Source: the human T2T-CHM13v2.0 reference genome, Homo sapiens. Taken from it: a stretch of 64,000 bases of DNA. Below, piece by piece: positions 46,791-64,000 of this stretch. A program made the position numbers and the translations under genes. The stretch lies in assembly GCF_009914755.1 (NCBI RefSeq), contig NC_060929.1. One strand, written 5' to 3'. The notes below the pieces were generated by a model that saw nothing but the letters and a program-made list of their open reading frames with translations, was not told the DNA's origin and did not search any database. The stretch's first letter is position 1, and each line of letters begins with the position of its first letter.

Positions 46791-48406
46791 CAGACAGTCT
46801 AAGTAATTTGCTCAAGGACATATAGAACTCAGGCAGTCTATCTCCAGAACTGATGCTCCTCAACACTGTGCTATGTTGCCTCCCTCTAAATACCCCATAG
46901 TTCTCATTACGTTGTTTTGTCCAGTTGATTCCCACATGTATTTTCTACCTTAATTGGACTGTAAGTTTTGTGAGGTCACAGACAATGTCTTCCAAACTTG
47001 TATTTCTCCTGGCATCAATATAAAGTTCTGTATATCCTAAGAATTTAATAATTATTGCTTGAATAAAACAAAATCTACATATAAAAGTGGAAGCAAATTT
47101 TTAAGATATACATACTGGAAGGCCACTTTCAGAAATGAAGGTAAAAATATAACAAAAATCTTGAATGCTTTAATGAATAATTTGCAATATAAGTCTAACT
47201 GCATTGAAAATCGATAATGAAATTGCTGTATTAATTTCTTTGCACTTCTATTTAATATTTCTTAACTGTCATTATAAGCATTTGATGCATAGAATAAGCA
47301 TACTTTCTTTTGTTTAAGCCAAGCTGCTTGCATTATTTTGGCTTTCTATTACAGATAATACTGTAGACATTTCAAATCCACAATGATTTGGAGGTAGTCA
47401 AATCAATATCAGCTACATAATACATAAAGGATGGATGCAAATTTTATAGCAAAGAAATTAATAATTTATATCTGTTTACTGTAACAAAATTTTTTGTCAG
47501 CTTTTTCTGAAGTTTAACAATGCTTGAGCCAATATTGATAAATTATGTATAACATATAACTGTTTAAGATAAAATGCTACTAAAATAACTATATTATTTC
47601 ATGTTTATAAATGTTACAGAATCTATTATATGTAGTAATTCACGTAGTACTCTTTCTGTATGATAGCCTAGCATAGTTACCATAGCTCATATCACTATTA
47701 CATCTAAAAATATTTTTTATTTCAGCAGTTAAAAAGAACCAATATTTTCCATATTACAGACTTTGCTGAAGAGTCAGAAATGAATAATATAATATCAAAG
47801 GTAATAATTTCCCAAACTGAATTTATCCTGCATGGTACAAATGACTCAACAATGAAAATTTTGTTTAAAAAGTATTCATGTAAAAGGCTTTGTCCCTGGA
47901 ATACAGCTCTAAGTGGCTCACTATCTAGGTTGAAAATGGTTTCGCAGGGTTGTATGTCCTATTTTTCCATGCCTGCAGTAAAGATACAATATGGGAATTC
48001 AGCTTGGTAATTACTAATACACCACACAGACACAATTACACCCTGTATGCTGCATAAAGGAATCACTTGTGGTCTGCATCCATTACAAAGAGCAGTAGGG
48101 GGCCAACATGCAAGACGACAAAATGCTTTACAAGACGGAAGGAGACCAGAAGAGTCGATGTACACAGATACAAGGACCTTGATTCTTCTAGCAATGATTT
48201 AAGCCTCTTTCCATCAATTATCGTCTTTTGTCTCAAGAGTCTTATCACCAGCAGCATTACAGGAACTGAACATAACAATGCTCAGACTCGTATAACCCTA
48301 TGAACTGTGCTGACATTTCCACACCCTGTTGCTATGTTTGACCTGGTTTACAGATTACTTAAGCAAAACAAAATAGAAAAAAAAAGCATTCCCATTGCAA
48401 AACTGG

Positions 48407-48409
<3 letters not shown>

Positions 48410-48445
<36 letters not shown>
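48410..48445. repeat. (CA)n microsatellite
   Basis: Directly visible. Confidence 0.98.
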
Positions 48446-48447
<2 letters not shown>

Positions 48448-48667
48448 ATTTTTTTATGACTTACTCAGAATTCCATTTGTTGAAACTAAAAGCCATCCTA
48501 CTCCAGAAATGCTATTTTTCAAAGTAGTTTCTACATCATTTTAAAGATTAAAAGTAAAAATCTGCTTGAGTGAAAATAATAATTTTAAGAAAGAGACTAA
48601 ATGTTGGCATGTTAAGGGGATACAGACTGAACAAGAGAATTTCATGTCTCAGGGAGCTAAACTAAAA

Positions 48668-49195
48668 TGAGTCAGCTGCTCTCTTAAGGTACAATGAGTC
48701 ACAGGAATAATTTTCTTGCTGTGAAACTCCTTAAAGTTTTGAGTTTAATTGCAAGCAGTAAGTGGTTTTTATTATAACAGAGTTTCCTCTGTTAATTATT
48801 ACACAACGTACATTATTTTACAATACTTTCATTTAAGATTCTCTTTTAAAATACATCTTACAAATATGAATTTTTAAGACCTTAGGAAAGTTATTTATGG
48901 CAGTTTGTCAGGTTCCCTGAAACAAAGCCTTGTCTTTCAGAAAATGTTTACAACCTATGAGGAAAAAAAAAAAAGTATCCTGGGGCTAAAATGTTTATTG
49001 GCACCTAGAAGTCTGAAGAGAGAGTCGGGCCTGTGGTTTTTTGAGGGCACTTTATCATCGCCCGCATTCTCAAAGGTTTCTCTGAATGAATAGAACTGGA
49101 TTACTCAGCCTTCTATTCCACGCCTATTCCTCTCCATTTTCCTTGGCACGACTGAGAGCCAGGCTATTTTTAGTTAAGCAGTTTTCTATTTTTAG
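48668..49195. promoter_or_regulatory. Candidate intronic enhancer: 2x AP-1, E-box, 2x perfect MEF2 site
   Basis: TGAGTCA 48668-48674 and 48695-48701, CAGCTG 48673-48678, CTATTTTTAG 49164-49173 and 49186-49195. Motifs only; no activity data. Confidence 0.5.
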
Positions 49196-51192
49196 ACAAC
49201 TACCAGTTAGAAGACATTTGTTAGGGAAAAATTAAAAAAAAAGCACACACACACAAAGGGAGGAGGGAAAGAAGCTTCCTCCACATATTGTGAAGCAGCC
49301 TTCAACCTGTAACTCCAGGCATTTCAGCTGCTTTCAATCTTGGAAAAATAAAGAAAAATTCAGAGTTCAGGGTTTTAAAAATAAACCTACCCTCTGGCAA
49401 ACAGACCAAAATACAACAAGCTGTTACTATGTGAAACAGTGACTACAAAAACAAAGAACATTCTCCAATGATTAAACTGCGAGAAAAGTTGAAGAACTGA
49501 TTAGGTTGTAAGAATGTTGCACAGGCATGTAACAATTTTCCAGCCTCTCAGCCAGATGTATCATGTTTTAGAATTTAGAGAGGGGAAAAAAAAATCTCAT
49601 CTGTAAAGTTAAACTAACGATGTGGGATGCAACTTTAAGGTTGAACCTTTTATTAAGCTTAAAGGCAATGAAATTCACTGCATTTTTCTAACATTTGTGT
49701 TCTATGGAATTTCTCTAGAAATTATAACCATCTGTTTATAGAAAAACCATACATTAAAAAATCCAGTGCTAACAGAAAACAAAAAATAAAGGCTGCTACA
49801 TATACATACTACATATATGTGTGTATATATATACATATATGCATTTAATGTCCATATATCACTACATTTATTAGTCTCACTTTTAGTTTAAATGGGAAAA
49901 ATGGTTCTCAGATTGGCTTAGCATATCAAATTATTCTACTTATTCAAGGCCATGCCTTCATCTGAAATCTACAGTAAGATTTTTCAGGTGCTCACAGTTG
50001 TAACTGCTTTCCTTCTCCTCTGTTAGCCCACTGTACTTTGTCTATATCTTATTATGGTTCAGATAATTGGGTATCATAATCACAGATGCATCACCAGTAA
50101 CTGGCAGAATGCTTAGCAAATGATCTTCATGTCCATCAATATCTACTGAATGAGAGAACAAATACTGTGTATATTCTGTCCACCATGGACTGCTACTGGC
50201 CCTGGAGGGCCGTGAACACCATACTTTGCACATACACTTAATAAATACTTGTGGAAAAGAAAAAAAAAATCAATTCGTTGACCTTTGTTAGATCTTCTTA
50301 ATTTATGTAAAATGCTACAGTTATTTATATAATCATTCAATATTTACTTATAAATAATACACTTATTAGCATAAACTATGCAGTCGTAAATTAAGAATTT
50401 TTGTCTTTCTTTTGGTTAGCATTTTTTCTTCTCTGAACTTTTTCTCTTGACTTTGAAAATAAAACTAATTTTTTAAAACTTAAGGGTTGACAATGGGCTC
50501 TGACAGCTGTTATAACCTGCAATCCTCATGACAGCCCCGTAGGAGCTCAGGGTAGACAGCATTAACTCATGAGGAACCTAAAGCCCAGCAAGGTTACATA
50601 ACTCGCCCTCCGTTAGAGAATGAGAGTGTGTGATGTTGCTGTAACTGGAACTGAATTTTTAATCTCCATCTTTCCTTCAAATTTGTGGAGCTTTTAAAGT
50701 CCTATATCCTAGAAGTAAAATTTGAAAGATGAACTCTCATAACAATGCTTCAACAACATTCTTTAGAAAAATCACTTTGTAGCTTTATTTTTCCCCCACA
50801 TGAAATTAATTCAGAACAACTACAGTTAAGGAAAACCAATCATGGAGTCTGGATGAAGATAAAATTCCGCACATACTAATTAAGAAAAATCAGAAGAAAC
50901 CGTGTGCACGCATGATCTTTTCTTTCCTGTTGGAAAAGTTCACAAGGGACCTAGCTTATTTCTACGTTCTTACTACTCATTTTTCCTGTGCCTTTTCCAT
51001 TTTCTCTTCTTCCTCAGGGCAATTCCAGCTTCAGTGATCCCTCCATTTTCTCGTCTTTCTCCACAAAATCACATAGACTTTAACAAATATTCTGTTCCTT
51101 GGAGTAAATGCCAACTGAGTGATTCAACTTTCCTGGTTGGATTTCTCTGCCCTGGCTCAGGTCCTGACTGACGCACAGTGGGCATGTCATAA

Positions 51193-51651
<459 letters not shown>

Positions 51652-51689
51652 TGAATGAAAGAGAACACTAGATGCACCAGTTTCGTCAT

Positions 51690-51870
51690 TTACTGTCCAA
51701 CAGAGGGTTTCTTTCATAATGGACAATTATATTTGGGAGCCACTAGTCACATCTTGCTTGAAATGTGGATAGTGAGACTGAAAAGCTGAACTTTTAATTT
51801 TATGTAATTTAAATTATATTTATATTTGTATAGCCACATGTGGCTAGGCTACCTTACAGATTAATGCAGA
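51690..51870. mobile_element. MER3-like DNA transposon
   Basis: agccactagtcacat...ttgaaatgtggatagtgagactgaaaagctgaacttttaattttat...agccacatgtggctag. Confidence 0.7.
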
Positions 51871-52297
51871 TCTATGTCTTTTCATCTGAAGTCTGGTTAT
51901 ATTATCCAAAGAAAATTTACATGACACAAATGAGTTTATAATTGTCATAGTATAGGTGCTAAATATACCATTTATTTACAAATGTGTACAGTAACTTTCA
52001 AAGGGGTTGGGTTTCTGGAACTAACCACAGAGTCAATCAATAAACTTATGTCCTATTGAAATAACTGAGAGTGAAGTTGGCTTTAGATTAGTAGTAGCTC
52101 ATGCATAGGGTAACTTTGGTCTATTTTTCTATGAAATGGTTTCCTCCTTGACATCATAGTGATGGAACTTGTTTATGATTAAATAGTAATATGCACACTT
52201 TTATTTTTGAAAAATAAAGTAATTCAGAAATTATAAAATAAGTTACTATTATTAAAATAAGTTACTATTATTAATTCATATATCTACTTTTTTGTAA

Positions 52298-52611
<314 letters not shown>

Positions 52612-53469
52612 TAATGTGAGGAAAAAACCCAAACACCCATTGTGTAGTTTTACTGTTTACAACGTTTCTTACCCTAGAACAGTAGCTCTAAATAGTTATT
52701 CAGTTTATTTACTAAAACATAAAGATAAGAGATTTAATTGATATGAAGAGGTTTTCAGAATCTAATTAACCTTCCAGCTAGTCATTAACTCTATGACCTT
52801 TAGAAATAATTGACAGAGAATTTTTTTTCTTATTCATAACTTCTTCCAGGTGGTTAAATTTCAGAGTAGTGCAGAATACACTAAACACCATTGAGACATG
52901 ACTGGATAATATGCCAAATAGCTATAAAATGGGGTATATTTCCAATAATATAATCTATTTACTTAATCTGTTGTACACATATGCAGCATTTACCTAATTA
53001 CAGTCCTTTTAATGACTGACTTTGATTAAGTCTTTTCCCAGAATGTCCTATTGATTATTTTGACCAAGAAAATAATGAAAAAGTTATGGGTACTACTATC
53101 TCTCTGCACCCAAGGCACATGCCCCTAACCAATCACATCACACTTCCTGAATGTCTGGACTTGGACTCAGCATCTTCCTTAACTGTGTGCTCCAGGCAGC
53201 CAGTACAAAGTGATGGGCACACACTAAGGAGTGAAATGTGCCAGAGTCCCACCTCACTGGGTAGTGATGTGCCTTTTATGAATGTATCACACTTCCAGAA
53301 AAACCTAAGACACTTCCTTTCAAGAATTAGTTTCACAGAATTTCAGTTGTAAGAACCTGTTTTATAGCATGATTCTAACCCTCCATAAAATTACAAAGAG
53401 GAAATAGTCTACAGACACACTTCCAAATTCCATGCAGAAGGAAATACATGTTTGGAAAAGGAAATCTAG

Positions 53470-53590
53470 ATCCTTTCTACTCCAGCAGCATCAGCATCAC
53501 CTGGTCAGAAATAAAGGGATCCTGGGCCCTGCCCTATACCCACTGAGTTAGAATCAGCATTTTAGCAAGATACTCTGGTGATTCACACTG
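53470..53590. mobile_element. MER5A-like DNA transposon fragment
   Basis: ccagcagcatcagcatcacctgg...agaatcagcattttagcaag...ggtgattc. Confidence 0.75.
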
Positions 53591-55702
53591 GGCCACAGGC
53601 ATTTCATTTGACCCAATACTGGCCAAAGCACTAACAGGTTTCTTCTCTCTTCTCCAGTAATCAAAATACTGTACCTTGGTCTGGAAGTCCTTTCCTTTCC
53701 ACCAGCACCACAAGCAATACTTTTACTTGGTTTCCTGTGCCTTGTAATTTAATTATTTATTTATTTTTGATGCAAAACAACATTTACTCACTCTAGCTGA
53801 CTTGAAAGATTCTCACTTTTATTATTAGAACACATCGGATCTCACCAAAGAAAAAATTGTATATTTAAAAATTTTATTTATGCTAATGATCATCAGTAAG
53901 TTGATATATATTGAATGTCCACAATATGCTAGGCATTGAGCTGGCAGCTGGAGGTACAGAGATGAACAAAGCTTCGTCATGCCCTTCAGGGAAAGGAGAG
54001 GGATTTGTAATTAGACAAAACAAAAACAAACCCCCCAAAACCAACAGTGGGGTGAAGAAATTAAAATAAACACTCCTTAATGAAAAGAGCCATCATCTTA
54101 GAATTCTGCTTCTAGGCAAGCCTCAGAATCATTCTTAGAACTTTACTTTTGAATATTTCATGACTATATATTCAGTAACTTTTCCTGAGGAAGTAAGAAT
54201 ATTCTACACTTTGATTCTTATTCGGCACCTTTTAGAGCCAATGTTAGTTTTACTTAGATGATATCAATGGCTAGAATGTAACATTTGGTTCAAATATGCT
54301 GCTTACCACCAAGTTCCATATGCCATGAAATTTGTAAATATCATTAAAAATTGACAATTATCATCCAGGCTATATATTTTTCTCTTTTCATTTCCAGGTA
54401 TGGTGGGAGTCAGGTGAAGAGAGATCACATGAGATCTTTGTTTTGCTCTAGTTCAGGAAGGTTCATGTAAAATAATAATGATGACAAAATGGTAATGATT
54501 AATATTGATAAAGAAATTATATTACTGATAAAAGTCTATATTTTGAACCCTGTCTTTTCTGCTTCTACTATTATTAAGTAATTATCTGCTCACTGTGTTC
54601 ATACTAATGCTTGCAAACTATTAGAGCTGTGTAATAACAGAGACTAGAGGAAGCTCAGTTTTATTGCCTCACATTACTATTTGTTCAACAATGATTATTT
54701 TCTTAATAAATGAGATGTGAAGCAGCTCTTCGTGTTTATAAAACATGTAAATTAAGCAAGAAGATTATTTTTAAAAAAGAAATGGCTCTTCAAATTTGAT
54801 CTATACAAATCATTGTGGTATAGTTATGAGAAATATGAATACATTTAAAAAATTTTAGACTCATTTCTTCTTTAAGACTTTGGGGAACAAGTAAAAATAT
54901 TATTTACAGGTACTAATAAAAGTCTTTTAAAGATATATAAACAAAATTATATTAAAATTCAGGAAAATAAAAAACTTTTTAAATAACAAAATCTTTTTCC
55001 CCTTTTCCCTCAGAAGCCACAACATAGAAGGTTTAAATCTTTATGGAAAATACTAATACTTTGTTAATTTTTCAATACCATGTATTGAAAAGCAATTATA
55101 TGCTTGGCTTAACAGAGGGGAGGGTAGACTTACTTAGTCACTAGCAGTAAGATCTATATCAATTATGTTTTATAGTAAATCTAAGAAGGATTTGTAATGT
55201 ATCTCAAGAATACTATTTCTCTAAATTTTTTTATAATGAAAAATACTTTTCTGGAGAAATTAATTTACTAATTATATAGGTAAATACTGGTCCAATGTTG
55301 CTTCAAGTAAATTAAAAATAGTAATAAGACAGAACTATCATCTTTCCATTCACAAGCTTCAAGTTAAAAAAAAATACAGTATACTTCACCCAGCTCACAC
55401 AGTTAATGTTCCCTGTCAGCCTGGACAACTTGCAAGTGCTTTCTGACCAGATCATAAGTTTACTGATTGACTCTGTGGTTATAGGTTAGGGGTAAAGTGT
55501 GCTTTTAGTTTTATGGTGAGTGTTTAGTTCCAGATCAGAGTCTCTCGAAGTGAACATTTATGCTCTGAATTCCAAAATCACAAGGTACACAGTTACTCAC
55601 TTCCGAAGTGACTCCTCAAATTTTATATTGAAGAATTAATTTTGGTATTAATTTGAAAACACAATTTGTTTAAATATCTCCCTCTTCATATTTCAGTCTA
55701 GA

Positions 55703-55920
55703 CCAGTGCTGTCTCATAGAGCTTTCTGTGATGATCAATGCATTCTGTTCTATATCTTCCCTGTTTAATTCAGTAGCCACTAGCCACACATGACTACTGA
55801 ATGCTTGAAACATGACTAATGCAACTGAGGAACTGAATTGGACATTTTATTTAATTTTAATTCATTTAAATGTAAATAGTCTCATGAGCCTATTGGCTAC
55901 TATATTGGAGAGTATGGACC
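55703..55920. mobile_element. MER3 DNA transposon
   Basis: cagtgctgtc...gtagccactagccacacatg...aatgcaactgaggaactgaatt...ggctactatattgga. Confidence 0.8.
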
Positions 55921-56109
55921 TAGATTACTTGAGTGTTTTTAAATTGTGCTTTGATAAACTCTATCAAAATTTAATGAATTGTTTCATTGGAACTGTAAAA
56001 ACATTTTTTCATACTTTAAATGTGCAACGTTATGCCACATGATAATCACTTGATTATATGTCTGTCTTTCCTGTTTGTTTATTCTATAAATATATTCTGA
56101 GGAGGTAAC

Positions 56110-56670
56110 TTTCTCTAGACCTCATGTTAAGCACTGGGAATATGATGGTGAGCAAAACGTGTACAGTCCCTTGCCCTTTGGGAGTTTAGAATCTAGTGTG
56201 GGACAGGCAATTGGATAACAACTTCAACAGTGCTCTGATGGGAAAGATAGAACACATGATGACTGTAATACAGGGGAAGCACCTAACCTAAGTTATGGGG
56301 GCTTCAAGGATGACTTTCCAAAGTGTAATTGGGACCTGACTTGAGTGAAGGATAAGTAACAGCCAAGTAGAGATCCAGTAAGGAATTTTAAGACAAAACA
56401 GAGCTTGGAGAGGTTGAGGAATGTACGTATGTACGATGTGGCTTGAGTATAGGATGGGGGTTGTAAGGGCAGGTTAATGGCAGGGAAATTGCAAAAAGTG
56501 AGGCTGAAGAGTAAGAGAAATACATGGATCAGATCATGCATGGCCTTGTGAGCCAACTTAAGGACTGAGAGTCCTTGAGGGACCTTGGTTATATCTGTAT
56601 CTCCAGGCATTTCATAGCATATAACACAGAGCAGGAATTCAACAAATTTTTGTTCAATCAATGACTGAAA
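56110..56670. mobile_element. L2 fragments
   Basis: Minus-strand L2 text followed by a plus-strand 3' end (ttcaacaaatttttgttcaatcaatga). Confidence 0.6.
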
Positions 56671-56788
56671 GAAGGAAAATCTGCAAATGATTAGGTAAGT
56701 GAATCTGTTTTTTTCTCTTAAGAAAAGTATCCTTGTATAATATGTATCTATATAGCACATAAAAATAATTTTGTACATATATATTTAT

Positions 56789-62512
<5,724 letters not shown>

Positions 62513-62976
62513 TACATCTATATTTTTATAAGTATAAAATTAGAAGCTAATTAGATATAATGAATGGTCAAGTAAAGTAGACATATTTTCACATTTACAT
62601 CCATTTCCAAATTTTGTGATACTGAGTTTGTAAAGAAGTCCAATTTCGCTATTTGCTGCATTTGCTTTTCAACAAAAATTGTATTTAGTATTTTCACTAA
62701 ACTATGTAAGAGCACTTAGCTCGTTGATAACTTTCATCACCATTGTGAAGCTATACAAGTTATAAACTATTTTAAGGCTTTTCCCATCCCAATTTAGGCC
62801 TTAATTATTACTGTGCAGAAAACATTTTGCTGCAGCAACTGTTCTTAGATGTCTCTAAATCAAAACAGAAGTCAGGATTCAGGTGACAGCAAATAAAATT
62901 TCCAAAATAATAAAATATCAGGTAAATATAATCTCTCATCTCTCATCTTCTCTCCATCTCCCTATGTCCCTTTCCT

Positions 62977-62997
62977 TCTCTCTCTCTCTCTCTCTCT

Positions 62998-63044
<47 letters not shown>

Positions 63045-63050
63045 ACACAC
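62977..63050. repeat. Compound (TC)n(AC)n microsatellite
   Basis: Directly visible. Confidence 0.97.
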
Positions 63051-64000
63051 ATGTTCTTCCTCTAAAAAGAAAAACCAATAATCCTCTATTGAGACAGTTG
63101 TGAATCAAAGGTTTCTTCTGCAGGAGTTACATCCATCTCTGAATTTCCTAGAGAGCAGCAAAGGGCCTTGTGTTTTATTCCCCTTCCACACTTAATCACT
63201 GGACTGTGGGCCCAGACTGAATGAGTAGCTCATTAGAATCACTGAGTTCACTGAGGGGATGAGAGATTCCTTCCTGGCTGGGTGCTAAGTGATACTCCCA
63301 TAAGGATTTTGTGGTTACAAAACGTGCTGGATATGGAGGTAACCTGTCTGGGAGTCCTGTCACTCCAAGGATCACTTGGAATGCTCTGGAAAAACACATG
63401 ACCTGGCTGAATGAGTTCTGTTGAATTGTTTAGCCTACACCTTCATTTCAGCAGCTTATACTGCATTAATGAGGTTATTGTTCCTTTGCCGTCCAATTGT
63501 TCCCAAGCTGATTTTTTGCATATATGTTTTACATCCTTAACAAGAATGCCTGTCTCCTGCTGTTTCAGAGTCTCTTCCACAGTGCTGAGCATGAGTGGAG
63601 CTTGCTAAATCATTGCTAAATGAAGCAATGGGCTGTAAGCATGTCCTGTGGGATCTGCATCTTCAGATCATCCTGAAGTACTCAACAACCACATCTTCTT
63701 CCAGGAACAGAGCCCAACATAAACTGGTAGGGTTTGCTGTCTTAGACAGCTAAGAGAACGAGGAGTGGAGCTAGTGAACAAGCAGTGAAGGGGGCAGTTC
63801 CTTAATGCCATCCGAACTGAATTTCAACAGTCTGACAAGCTAGCGTTTTGGGTAAATATCCCAGTATACTTGTCACAGAGTTAAGTAAAATGGACTTCCT
63901 TCAAAGGAAGTGCTTTTAATACAATAACTGTTTTTGTTTTTTTAACCAATGGATTAAAAATTTAACACATTTACTAAATCTGGCATATTTATATATTGTA

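Noticed and set aside
52235-52272. 19-bp tandem duplication aaaataagttactattatt
   Set aside because: Ordinary AT-rich slippage.
56293-56778. 161-aa minus-strand ORF, longest in the track
   Set aside because: Runs through L2 debris, hydrophobic low-information composition, no recognisable domain.

Overview
Primate (almost certainly human; it carries an AluYa5) AT-rich genomic DNA lying entirely inside the MEF2C gene, which is transcribed on the minus strand. Four coding exons are visible with exact GT-AG boundaries: the paralogous mutually exclusive alpha1 (24315-24458) and alpha2 (24118-24255) exons separated by only 59 nt, a 187-nt exon (14987-15173) and a 48-nt exon (12200-12247). The MADS/MEF2-box exons and the 3' exons lie outside the window. 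The rest is intron with about 20 Alus, a 5.7-kb degenerate L1PA, a THE1 solo LTR, older L1/L2/MIR/MER fragments and microsatellites; nearly all ORFs in the track are repeat-derived or random. I see no new protein-coding system. The best unexplained leads are a 29-bp non-Alu inverted repeat 3.4 kb apart whose single mismatch is a G-U pair only in the MEF2C pre-mRNA, a 27-bp direct doublet 2.3 kb apart, twin perfect MEF2 sites beside AP-1/E-box motifs, plus-strand exon-like units hugging the alpha cassette, and a young AluYa5/AluY inverted pair bracketing the in-frame 48-nt exon. Repeat subfamily calls and old-repeat boundaries are by eye and approximate.
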